Of a stretch of 64,000 nt of DNA, positions 52,663 to 61,531 are shown piece after piece; within the stretch, counting starts at the first letter, position 1; each line of letters starts with the position of its first letter. The notes under the pieces were generated by a model. That model searched no databases. It saw nothing but the letters and a program-made list of their open reading frames with translations, and was not told the origin of the DNA. The position numbers were made by a program, and so were the translations under genes. Source of the stretch: a virus. Its lineage: Duplodnaviria; Heunggongvirae; Uroviricota; Caudoviricetes. Location of the stretch: positions 1 through 64,000 of the IMG/VR virus record IMGVR_UViG_3300032250_000070; one strand, written 5' to 3'.

Positions 52663-55600
52663 ATGGAAATTAGTTGTTCTAGTAAAGTTTGTCCAGTAAT
52701 ATTAGATTCTTCCTGCGTATTTTATGAAGGTCCTAATTTAATATATACAGGAATTAACACTAATGATAATCTTGAAACAGCTTTAGAAAAAATTGATGCT
52801 AAGTTTGGAGATGCCAACGTAGGATACATATTTAATAATGGTGTGTTTCAATCAACCCCTGGTGCACCTGTTGGACTAGGTGGTAGCATGGCAGCTAATA
52901 CAATCATTGTTGATAGTGGATATACATTAACCTATACAGGTGATTTCTATGCAGCGAAACATATAACGCTTGGAGGAACATCTTCAGATTTTGTAAAAGG
53001 AGATGGTTCTTTAGATTCAACATCATATCAACCAACTGGTAATTATATAACTAATTTAACAGGTGATGTAACAGCTAACGGACCAGGTTCTGTAACTGCT
53101 ACATTAGCAACAGTATTTGGTGCACCTGGTACATATGGTGATTCAGGAAATGTTCCTAGAATTACAGTGGATGGTAAGGGTAGAGTTACAAATGTAACCC
53201 CTGTAGCAATTAACTATCCATCTCAATCATTAAGTTTTGTAGGAGATGTAACTGGATTAGGATATACAGGATCTCCTGTAACACTAACCTTAGATACAGT
53301 TAATTCTGATGTATACGGAAGTGATACCTTCCTTAAATTTGCTGTGAATGGTAAAGGATTAGTTACATCAGCTGCTCCTATTACAAGTCTAGATATTGAC
53401 TCTGTACTAGGATATACTCCTGTTCCTACAACTAGGACAATAGATATAAATGGTGTAACACAAAACTTGGCATCTAATAGAAGTTGGTCTGTAGGAACTG
53501 TAACAAGTGTAGGGGTAACAATGCCTTCTGCATTTAGCGTAGGACCTCCTGTTACATCAAGTGGAAATATTGCCATCACAGCAATTGGTTCAACCTCTCA
53601 ATATATAAGAGGAGATGGTAGTCTTGGTAATGTTATAGGTGGTACATCAGGTACTAGTGGTATCAATGGTTCTTCAGGAATCAATGGTACAAGTGGACTT
53701 TCAGGAACCAATGGAACAAGTGGATTTAGTGGTACGAACGGATTAACTGGAACTAGTGGAATATCAGGCACATCTGGTACTAATGGAGCTAATGGAACAC
53801 GTGGAACTTCTGGATCTAGTGGTGTAGATGGAAGTTCAGGCACATCAGGAAGTGATGGTTCTAACGGAACATCTGGAATAAATGGTATAGATGGTTCTTC
53901 AGGTACTGCAGGTACTTCAGGTCAAGATGCAACAGCTGGTACATCAGGAACAAATGGCACCTCAGGAACATCAGCTTCTTCAGGTACAGTTGGTTCTAGT
54001 GGTACGTCTGGATCTTCTGGTTTATCTGGTACAAATGGCACATCTGGTACTACTGGTACCTCTGGTACAAGTGGAACAAATGGCACTTCTGGAACTTCAG
54101 GTTCTAGTGGAAATAGTGGAACATCTGGTACTAATGGAACAAGTGGAACAGTTGGAACCTCTGGAACTAATGGAACCTCAGCATCATCTGGATCTTCAGG
54201 TGCTAATGGAAGGTCAACTGAGTTGTTTCCATACAATGCTAGAACAACTGCTACATCAGGAGACCCTGGTGTTACAAATATAATTTGGAACAATGCTATT
54301 CAAATCTCAGCAACTCAAATTGGTATATCACACTTAGATAGCGATGGTGTTGATGTTGATGTATTTTTATCATTGATACCTACAGGAACAATGGTAATTA
54401 TACAAGATAGAACTAATAGTACTAATTATCAAAAATGGACTTTTGGAGCAGGAGTGGAAGTAGCACCAAATACATATTGGGAATTCCCAGCAACATATGT
54501 TGATGGTGGTTATTCTTTCTCAGATGGTCAAGATGTATTATTAATAGTAGCACAAACACCTTCAGGTACAAGTGGTACAAGTGGTATAAATGGCACAAGT
54601 GGTGTCTCTGGAACAAGTGGAAGCTCAGGAGTATCAGGAACTAATGGTGTATCTGGATCTTCAGGAACCACTGGTTCTTCTGGAACCTCAGGAGTAAGTG
54701 GTACAACAGGAACCTCTGCTAGCAGTGGGTCTAGTGGAACAACAGGTACTAGTGGAACGAATGGTGTCTCAGGAACAGCAGGTACTAGTGGTACTAATGG
54801 AACTTCTGCTACTAGTGGTATAAATGGTACGTCAGGAACAACAGGTACAAGCGGTACTAATGGAACAAGTGGTACCAATGGTACATCAGGAACAAATGGT
54901 ATTGATGGTTCTTCAGGATCAAGCGGTGCATCTGGAACACGTGGTACATCTGGCACCAATGGAACTTCAGGAACTAGTGGTACAACTGGAACTTCAGGTA
55001 CTTCTGCTTTATCAGGAACTAATGGAACCTCTGCATCTTCTGGTACATCTGGTACTAATGGAACTACTGGTACATCTGGCATTAGTGGTACAAATGGCAC
55101 CACTGGTACAAGTGGAACTAATGGAGCTAATGGTACATCAGGAGTGAGTGGCACATCTGGAACCAATGGCACCTCTGGAGTTGATGGATTAAATGGAACA
55201 TCAGGAACAAATGGAACTAGTGGTGTTGATGGAGCTAATGGAACCTCTGGGACCAATGGTACAAGTGGTACATCTGTATCTGTATCTGGTACTACTAATG
55301 ATATAGTTAAGTTTACAAGTGCATCCACTATAGGTGATAGTAATATAACAGATACAGGAACTTTAGTTACTATTGACTCAACCCATCGTTTTAATGGATT
55401 AGGAACTGTTCAAGGAACAACTGCTTCAGACACTGCACCATTGGGAGCAGAGTTAGCAGCAGTGACAGCTTCAGGTACTAACTGGACATTAGCAGGAACT
55501 AACTTAAACGTAGGTGGATACACGCACACCACTGGTTCTACAGCTAACTTAGTAAGTACATTAGCAGCAGTTATTGGAACGTATTACCAAGTGGTTTGGA

Positions 55601-56679
55601 CCATTACAGGAAGAACTACTGGTTCTGTTACTATAAATTATGGTGGTGCATCTACTGGAGCAAACATAGTTGCTTCAGGAACAACTGGTCCTTTGGCTAC
55701 AGCCACTGCTGTATTGACTGTTATTCCAACGACAGACTTTAATGGTACTGTAGCAATCAGTGTTAAGACCATTGGACTATCAAGTGCTTCTATTACTTAT
55801 TTAGATAGTGTAGGAACTATTAGAAATGAATTTAGAATTAATGATCTAAGTAATTTCTCTTTTGGAGTAGGGGCAGGTAGAAGAACTACAACAGCAACAA
55901 ATAATACAGCAGTTGGTGTAAGTGCATTACAAAATAACACAACAGGATCAAATAATGTAGCAATTGGTGCAAGTGCAATGCCTTTTAATAATACAGCATC
56001 TAACAATATAGCAATTGGTCAAAATGCATTGTTTAATAATACAACAGGAGCACCTAATATAGCAATTGGTACATCTGCATTGTCTGCTAGTGTAGGAGCA
56101 TCTAATAATGTAGCAATTGGACAGAGTGCATTGAGTCCTACTACAACCAATGGTAACACAGCAGTTGGTTCATTTGCAATGAGTGCTAATACAATAGGAA
56201 CATTTAATACAGCGATGGGTCAACTTGTAATGTCAACTGCTACAACAGGATCTAATAACATAGCTATGGGAAGAGAGGCTGGTCGTTACATAGCAAATAA
56301 AACTGGAGCAGTGGTTTTAGTAAACAATAGTGTATTTCTTGGATGGAGAACGTCTCCATTAGGAGATAACCAAACTAACCAAATTGTTATAGGATATGAC
56401 TCAATAGGACTAGGTTCTAACACAACTGTCTTAGGTAACACATCCACTACATTAACTGCTTTATACGGTGCTGTGATAACAGGAGGAACAGCTACTGATG
56501 CTTCTGCACAATTGCAAGCAGACTCTACAACTAAAGGTTTCTTACCTCCACGTATGACTTCTGCACAAAGAACAGCTATTGCATCTCCTGCAACAGGATT
56601 GATGGTTTATCAAACAGATGGTACAGAAGGTCTATATGTGAAAACATCAACAGTTTGGAGATTATTAACAATGACTTAA
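52663..56679 (+). CDS. collagen-like tail fiber (1338 aa) with two G-X-Y arrays, Hep_Hag/YadA-head-like NxAIG repeats and conserved C-terminal FLPPRMTSAQRTAIASP...YQTDG motif
   Basis: G-X-Y arrays at about 53640-54215 and 54570-55275. Repeats NNTAVGVSALQNNTTGSNNVAIGASAM...NNIAIGQNAL... at about 55860-56300. The N-terminus (Y.GPNL.YTGINT.DNL..ALEKID) is shared with the 15914 fiber. Confidence 0.8.
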   Translation: MEISCSSKVCPVILDSSCVFYEGPNLIYTGINTNDNLETALEKIDAKFGDANVGYIFNNGVFQSTPGAPVGLGGSMAANTIIVDSGYTLTYTGDFYAAKHITLGGTSSDFVKGDGSLDSTSYQPTGNYITNLTGDVTANGPGSVTATLATVFGAPGTYGDSGNVPRITVDGKGRVTNVTPVAINYPSQSLSFVGDVTGLGYTGSPVTLTLDTVNSDVYGSDTFLKFAVNGKGLVTSAAPITSLDIDSVLGYTPVPTTRTIDINGVTQNLASNRSWSVGTVTSVGVTMPSAFSVGPPVTSSGNIAITAIGSTSQYIRGDGSLGNVIGGTSGTSGINGSSGINGTSGLSGTNGTSGFSGTNGLTGTSGISGTSGTNGANGTRGTSGSSGVDGSSGTSGSDGSNGTSGINGIDGSSGTAGTSGQDATAGTSGTNGTSGTSASSGTVGSSGTSGSSGLSGTNGTSGTTGTSGTSGTNGTSGTSGSSGNSGTSGTNGTSGTVGTSGTNGTSASSGSSGANGRSTELFPYNARTTATSGDPGVTNIIWNNAIQISATQIGISHLDSDGVDVDVFLSLIPTGTMVIIQDRTNSTNYQKWTFGAGVEVAPNTYWEFPATYVDGGYSFSDGQDVLLIVAQTPSGTSGTSGINGTSGVSGTSGSSGVSGTNGVSGSSGTTGSSGTSGVSGTTGTSASSGSSGTTGTSGTNGVSGTAGTSGTNGTSATSGINGTSGTTGTSGTNGTSGTNGTSGTNGIDGSSGSSGASGTRGTSGTNGTSGTSGTTGTSGTSALSGTNGTSASSGTSGTNGTTGTSGISGTNGTTGTSGTNGANGTSGVSGTSGTNGTSGVDGLNGTSGTNGTSGVDGANGTSGTNGTSGTSVSVSGTTNDIVKFTSASTIGDSNITDTGTLVTIDSTHRFNGLGTVQGTTASDTAPLGAELAAVTASGTNWTLAGTNLNVGGYTHTTGSTANLVSTLAAVIGTYYQVVWTITGRTTGSVTINYGGASTGANIVASGTTGPLATATAVLTVIPTTDFNGTVAISVKTIGLSSASITYLDSVGTIRNEFRINDLSNFSFGVGAGRRTTTATNNTAVGVSALQNNTTGSNNVAIGASAMPFNNTASNNIAIGQNALFNNTTGAPNIAIGTSALSASVGASNNVAIGQSALSPTTTNGNTAVGSFAMSANTIGTFNTAMGQLVMSTATTGSNNIAMGREAGRYIANKTGAVVLVNNSVFLGWRTSPLGDNQTNQIVIGYDSIGLGSNTTVLGNTSTTLTALYGAVITGGTATDASAQLQADSTTKGFLPPRMTSAQRTAIASPATGLMVYQTDGTEGLYVKTSTVWRLLTMT

Positions 56680-56704
56680 TTTTTAACAAATAAAACAAAA
56701 CAAC

Positions 56705-56923
56705 ATGGCAACAGTACAAGAGTTACAAGCTCAATTAGAAGCTAAACAAAAACAAGTGAGAGAAGCTCAAGAAGCTAAAATGCAAGCTCGCATTGCAGCT
56801 AGAAAAGCTGAAGAAGAAGCTAAAGCAGCAGCTGAAGCAGCTAAGTCTGATGAAGAAAAGGCAGCTGACTTACAAGCTAAGCTTGCAGAATTAGATGTTC
56901 ATTTAGCAGAATTGCAAAAATAA
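56705..56923 (+). CDS. small A/E/K-rich coiled-coil protein
   Basis: 72 aa: MATVQELQAQLEAKQKQVREAQEAK... Confidence 0.45.
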   Translation: MATVQELQAQLEAKQKQVREAQEAKMQARIAARKAEEEAKAAAEAAKSDEEKAADLQAKLAELDVHLAELQK

Positions 56924-56975
56924 ATTTGGTTGTTTAACCTGGGTTAACTACCTTTGTTAACAAAACTAAATTTAG

Positions 56976-57842
56976 ATGAACATAATATTTCAAATTAATG
57001 GCGGTATTGGCAAGGTGATTGCTGGTACTGCCATTTGTGCTTCTATAAAGGCACAATACCCTGACGCTAAACTTATTGTTGTCTCTGGTTATCCAGATGT
57101 ATTCTTAGGTAATAAGAATGTGGACAGAGCTTATGCTTTTGGTCAACAAGCTTATTTCTATAAGGAATACATTGAGAATCAAGAGATTATGGTGTTTGGA
57201 CATGATCCATATTTAGATGCAAAACACATTAAGCAAGAAGAACACCTGATTGAAACATGGTGTAGAATCTATGATTTACCAGTGACAAAGACTGTTGGAG
57301 AACTATTCCTTACGCAAAGGGAAATAGATTTCTTCTCTAAGAAGTTTGTATCTGATAAGCCTATTTTTTTGATGCAAACTAATGGTGGTGCTGAAGCAGA
57401 CCAAAAGTATTCATGGGCTAGAGATATTCCTAGCTATGTAGTGGAGAATGTTATACATGAGTTCAAAGAACAATATAACATAGTACACATCAGAAGAGAT
57501 GATCAATTGCAATATGAAGGAACATTTGGTGTATCTGATACATTCAGAGCTCTTGTTGTGCTTATGAATCTTAGTGAGAAAAGATTGTTGATGGATAGCT
57601 TTGGTGAACATGCTGCAGCTGCTCTTAATAAACCTTCTACAGTGTTATGGATTGCTAATAGCCCTAAGGTGTTTGGTTATGACTTACATACAAACATTGT
57701 AGCTAAACCAGAAACAGTTGTTCCTGAATTACGCAATGCTTATTTAGGTAAATATAACATTGGAGGAGACCCTGTTGAGTTTCCTTACAACAATGAGTCT
57801 GAAATATTTGATGTAGACGCTGTAATTAAATCTTTTAAATAA
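56976..57842 (+). CDS. GT9-like (heptosyltransferase-family) glycosyltransferase
   Basis: A C-terminal region resembles the GT9 donor-binding segment ...ND(S)GpmHlAaAlg.P.v.lfG: LVVLMNLSEKRLLMDSFGEHAAAALNKPSTVLWIANSP. There is also a Rossmann-like N-terminus. Confidence 0.5.
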   Translation: MNIIFQINGGIGKVIAGTAICASIKAQYPDAKLIVVSGYPDVFLGNKNVDRAYAFGQQAYFYKEYIENQEIMVFGHDPYLDAKHIKQEEHLIETWCRIYDLPVTKTVGELFLTQREIDFFSKKFVSDKPIFLMQTNGGAEADQKYSWARDIPSYVVENVIHEFKEQYNIVHIRRDDQLQYEGTFGVSDTFRALVVLMNLSEKRLLMDSFGEHAAAALNKPSTVLWIANSPKVFGYDLHTNIVAKPETVVPELRNAYLGKYNIGGDPVEFPYNNESEIFDVDAVIKSFK

Positions 57843-57848
57843 CCCAAC

Positions 57849-58670
57849 ATGGAAAAAATATTCTATCAAAGCTCTTTACCTAGAGCAGGTTCTACATTAT
57901 TACAAAACATATTAGCTCAGAATCCTGATATATATGCTACACCTACAAGTGGTGTTCTTGAATTAGTGTTTGGAGCACGTGCAAATTATACTAATAGTGC
58001 AGAGTTCAAAGCACAAGATGCTGAACTTATGAAGAAGGGATGGCAAGCTTTTGCAAAGAATGGTATGGATGGTTTCTACAATGCTATTACAGATAAGAAA
58101 TATGTTATTGATAAAAGCAGAGGTTGGGGCATACACTATGACTTCTTACAGTTTGTACAAGGTGGTGAGCCTAAGGTTATATGTATGGTGAGAGACCTAC
58201 GTGATATCTTTGCTTCTATGGAAGGTAACTTTAGAAAGCATCCTGAGAAGCAATCTGACATATTAGATTGGTCAAAGGGACAAGGAACCACTACACCTAA
58301 GCGTATTGATATCTGGGCTCAAGGTCCTCCTGTAGGACTAGCTATTGAAAGACTTAGTGAGATATTTAGAACTGGTGTAAATAGTAAAATGTTATTTGTT
58401 AAGTTTGAAGACTTGTGTTTATATCCAGAAAGAGAAATGGCTAAGATATATCACTACTTAGATATTCCTTACTTTGAACATGACTTTGATAACATTGAGC
58501 AAGTGACCAAGGAAGATGATGAAATCTATGGTGCATTTGGTGACCATGTTATTCGTACAAAGCTTGAGCCTGTAAGAAGTAGAGCTAAAGAATTATTAGG
58601 TAAGGATGTTAGTGATTGGATCTATACAAATTACAAATGGTTCTTTGACCAATTTAGATATACTAAGTAA
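57849..58670 (+). CDS. PAPS-dependent sulfotransferase
   Basis: An N-terminal 5'-PSB-like loop SLPRAGSTLLQNIL (compare PRSGSTLL). The downstream sequence MVRDLRDIFASM resembles the 3'-PB RDPRD region. Confidence 0.7.
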   Translation: MEKIFYQSSLPRAGSTLLQNILAQNPDIYATPTSGVLELVFGARANYTNSAEFKAQDAELMKKGWQAFAKNGMDGFYNAITDKKYVIDKSRGWGIHYDFLQFVQGGEPKVICMVRDLRDIFASMEGNFRKHPEKQSDILDWSKGQGTTTPKRIDIWAQGPPVGLAIERLSEIFRTGVNSKMLFVKFEDLCLYPEREMAKIYHYLDIPYFEHDFDNIEQVTKEDDEIYGAFGDHVIRTKLEPVRSRAKELLGKDVSDWIYTNYKWFFDQFRYTK

Positions 58671-59464
58671 TGAAAACTAAGTTTGATATAAACATATACA
58701 AAATACAAAAGAAAGATTTTGTTAATGCGTTTCACAGCAATACATTAAAGTATGCATTGTTCCCTAATGATAATGCTGTAACAAGTTCTATTATACAGGG
58801 ATGGCAGTATGAGAAGTATATGTTTGACTTCTTGAATAGAAATCAGATAGATTGTGAGGGTAAAACAATACTTGACATTGGTGCTAACAATGGTTCCTTT
58901 GCTATAGACTTTGCCCATTTAGTTGGAGACAACGGAATGGTACATAGCTTTGAACCTCAGAGACTAGTGTATTATCAACTATGTGGTAATGTGTTTATGA
59001 ATGGATTGGATAATGTATATTGTTATAACAATGCTATTGGTAGCTGTGTAGACAGTGTATATATAGAATCTCCAAATTACTTTGATAAAGGAGCTGTTAA
59101 CTTTGGTAATGTCAAAGTTAGTACAGAAGGAGAAAGAGTTGTACAGGTTCCTTTGGATTCTTTCACCTTTGACAATGTTGTATTCATTAAAATTGATGTA
59201 CAAGGATATGAGTTAAATGTAATCAAGGGAGCTGTAAATACTATTGCTAAAAATAGACCTTATCTATTTGTAGAGTTTGAAGAAGACTTGTTAATAGAAG
59301 CTAAGACTAGTGAAAAGGAATTACAAAAAGAAATAGAAGACTTAGGATATATAGTTAAGAGGTTTCAAGAAGGCATACCATATCAAACAACCAGTGGTAA
59401 GTGTCTAGACTGTGTATGTATACCTAAAGAAAAGTTTGAAGAATTTAATCACATTATACCATGA
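58670..59464 (+). CDS. FkbM-family SAM-dependent methyltransferase
   Basis: ILDIGANNGSFAIDFA...GMVHSFEPQRLVYYQLCGNVFMNGLDNV...NNAIG is the FkbM_methyltransferase signature (D[IV]GAN.G...EP.P). Confidence 0.8.
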   Translation: MKTKFDINIYKIQKKDFVNAFHSNTLKYALFPNDNAVTSSIIQGWQYEKYMFDFLNRNQIDCEGKTILDIGANNGSFAIDFAHLVGDNGMVHSFEPQRLVYYQLCGNVFMNGLDNVYCYNNAIGSCVDSVYIESPNYFDKGAVNFGNVKVSTEGERVVQVPLDSFTFDNVVFIKIDVQGYELNVIKGAVNTIAKNRPYLFVEFEEDLLIEAKTSEKELQKEIEDLGYIVKRFQEGIPYQTTSGKCLDCVCIPKEKFEEFNHIIP

Positions 59465-59910
59465 TAACAGTATTATTTGGACAGCCTCATTCAGGCAAGA
59501 CAACTCTATCTCATGAGTTAGAAAGTTGGACATTAGATGGAGACAAGCTTAGGGCTGTGTTCCAGGACAAAGATTTCTCTAGAGAAGGACGTATTAAAAA
59601 CCTAAATAGAGCTAGTGACATTGCTGTGTTTATGCATTCAATATACAAGAATATCTCAATAGCTATGGTCTATCCATATAAAGAAGCTAGAGATTATTTA
59701 AACAACCTGTGTACTAAGCTAGGAGTAGAGATTGTATGGGTACACTTATATTATTCTGAACAAAGAGGTAGAGAAGCTTTTCATGTACAAGATTTTGAAT
59801 TAGATCTTTTAGAAGAAAATGTTCTATCTTTGAACACTTCAATGTATTCAATAGAAGAATGTATTGCTCAAATTAAAAACTATACAAATGAATATTCTAG
59901 CAAAAGGTAA
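59461..59910 (+). CDS. cysC: adenylylsulfate (APS) kinase
   Basis: P-loop VLFGQPHSGKTTLSHELE. LDGDKLRAVFQDKDFSREGRIKNLNRASDIAVFM aligns with the CysC LDGDNVRHGLN.DLGFS..DR.ENIRRIGEVAKLF block. Confidence 0.85.
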   Translation: MITVLFGQPHSGKTTLSHELESWTLDGDKLRAVFQDKDFSREGRIKNLNRASDIAVFMHSIYKNISIAMVYPYKEARDYLNNLCTKLGVEIVWVHLYYSEQRGREAFHVQDFELDLLEENVLSLNTSMYSIEECIAQIKNYTNEYSSKR

Positions 59911-60271
59911 TGGTAATGGAAGTGGACATGCAATGTTTATTGGTAGATGGCAGCCATGGCACAAAGGTCATAGATGGTTAATAGACCAAGCATTAAATGA
60001 AGGAAAGAATGTACTCCTATGTATAAGAGATGTCACTCCTGATGAAAAGAATCCATGGTCTCCTATTGAGGTGATGATGAATCTAACAGAAGAATTAATG
60101 GATCTTATTGAGAAAGGAAGAGTTAAACTCATGATTATACCTGATATTGAATCTATCAATATTGGTAGAGGTATAGGATATGATGTTATAGAACACACAC
60201 CTCCACAAGATATACATGACATCTCAGCAACTAAGATTAGAGAACAAATGAAAGCAGAAGGTAAGTTATGA
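59888..60271 (+). CDS. minimal HIGH-motif nucleotidyltransferase, NadM/NMNAT-like (cytidylyltransferase superfamily)
   Basis: FIGRWQPWHKGH compares with GRFQPFHKGH. A C-terminal ISATKIREQM compares with YSGTEIRRRM of archaeal NadM. The start is uncertain: in-frame ATGs at 59864, 59888 and 59933. Confidence 0.65.
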   Translation: MNILAKGNGNGSGHAMFIGRWQPWHKGHRWLIDQALNEGKNVLLCIRDVTPDEKNPWSPIEVMMNLTEELMDLIEKGRVKLMIIPDIESINIGRGIGYDVIEHTPPQDIHDISATKIREQMKAEGKL

Positions 60272-60477
60272 TAGTAGAAAAGAAAAGACACTTAGCTAAG
60301 ACAATAAGCTATAGAGTGTTAAGCACAGCAATAGGCTTTGGAATTATGTGGGCTATCAGTGGGTCTATAAAGGTGGGTGCTGCCTTTGGTGTAGCTGAAC
60401 TAGTTTACAAACCAATTCAATACTACATCCATGAGCGTATATGGTATAAGTGGATTAAGTATGGATTAAAGAAGTAA
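60268..60477 (+). CDS. DUF2061-like small membrane protein
   Basis: 69 aa. AKTISYRVLSTAIGFGIMWAI...YYIHERIWYKW fits the DUF2061 pattern (KT..WR..T...........HER.W), a family often found with or fused to APS kinase. Confidence 0.55.
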   Translation: MIVEKKRHLAKTISYRVLSTAIGFGIMWAISGSIKVGAAFGVAELVYKPIQYYIHERIWYKWIKYGLKK

Positions 60478-61531
60478 CCACACCAATAACATCATTAACA
60501 GAAATACTCTTATGACATTCAAATTGTCTAGGAGTATTTTCATTTTCAGGACACCAGTTCCAATTGCCCTTATCAAATTTAAACAGAGGATTGTTCCAAC
60601 AACCATTGCACACTTCTGGATTGGTTATACGAGTGCAGTCTTCTTGGAACTCATGGTCTGATGTAGTGAAGTTAGAGATCATTACAGTGTGCTTGCCAAC
60701 AGCCCAGTTTAACCAACTGATGCCACTAGAAAGACCAATGAAAAGATCTGCATGGTGTAGATAGTTCATTACGTTCTGTAAGGATTTATCTTCTAATATC
60801 TCAGCACCATAGTCATCTGCTTCTTGAGACATCTCAATCACTCTATATCCCCAAGTCTTTAACTGAGCAATTAACTCTGGCCAGTAGTACCAGTGCTTAC
60901 ATTGTGATGTAGATCTAGTAGATATACAGATATACTCATTCACTATAGGTCTTTCTCCTGGTGTAAATGCTAGTCTAGGTCTTGTTTCTTTAAATGGTAA
61001 AGCTAATACATTACTAGCTGTCTGTTGTAAAGGAATGGTGACAGGATTTACAGGTTCTTTATACTCATCCCAAAACCAACCAAACTCCACTCTTGCTATA
61101 ATATTATGCACTACAATTCCTCTTCCTACAAACTCTAGTTCAGGATACACCTTCTCAAATAGGAAATTCTTGAATGTAGATACTACAACCTTACATTTAT
61201 ACTTCTCTTGGAATTCTAAACAGTATGGCATCCAAGCAAGGGTATCACCTAAACTACTAGACTCAAATACAATAAACACACGCTTGTCTTTGAGCTCATC
61301 TAGTATATTGATTTGTTTTATTATACGTCCTTCATACTTAACAAATATGGCTATATCAGATATATATTTCCTACTAAGCTTAGACCAAGTTCCTGGTTTT
61401 AACTTGCTTTCATATATGCTACTTTTAGAATCTCTATCTACAAACTGTACATCATACTCTCTATTCTTTCCTCCATCATCTAACAACTCAAAGTAAAGTC
61501 CATCAACGTGGTGTAGGTTATAAGTTATCAT
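60455..61531 (-). CDS. GT9-like (heptosyltransferase-family) glycosyltransferase
   Basis: LFIGLSSGISWLNWAVGKHTVMISNFTT compares with the GT9 lvigNDSGpmHLAaAlg.PtvalFGpT block. Confidence 0.55.
   Translation of the reverse strand: MITYNLHHVDGLYFELLDDGGKNREYDVQFVDRDSKSSIYESKLKPGTWSKLSRKYISDIAIFVKYEGRIIKQINILDELKDKRVFIVFESSSLGDTLAWMPYCLEFQEKYKCKVVVSTFKNFLFEKVYPELEFVGRGIVVHNIIARVEFGWFWDEYKEPVNPVTIPLQQTASNVLALPFKETRPRLAFTPGERPIVNEYICISTRSTSQCKHWYYWPELIAQLKTWGYRVIEMSQEADDYGAEILEDKSLQNVMNYLHHADLFIGLSSGISWLNWAVGKHTVMISNFTTSDHEFQEDCTRITNPEVCNGCWNNPLFKFDKGNWNWCPENENTPRQFECHKSISVNDVIGVVTSLIHT

Noticed and set aside
53598-55328. Antisense/alternate-frame ORFs within the second collagen fiber gene (53598-53843 -, 53891-54283 +, 53922-54293 -, 54528-55328 -, 54824-55147 +, 54422-54616 -)
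   Set aside because: Same repeat-periodicity artifact as above.
56924-56975. Possible terminator hairpin GTTTAACC-TG-GGTTAAC after the small coiled-coil ORF
   Set aside because: The loop is only 2-3 nt and the stem 6-7 bp with a GTTAAC palindrome. It is not convincing as a terminator.
59461-60271. Interpreting the mini nucleotidyltransferase as a genuine ATP sulfurylase
   Set aside because: The HIGH-region sequence (GRWQPWHKGH) fits NMNAT/NadM far better than the QTRN..HRAH motif of ATP sulfurylase. The protein is about one-third the size of Sat. It is kept only as a functional hypothesis, not as an annotation.
60455-60477. Expected bidirectional terminator at the convergent junction between DUF2061 (+) and the GT9-like gene (-)
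   Set aside because: The two stop codons overlap by 23 nt and no hairpin is visible. No terminator can be supported here.
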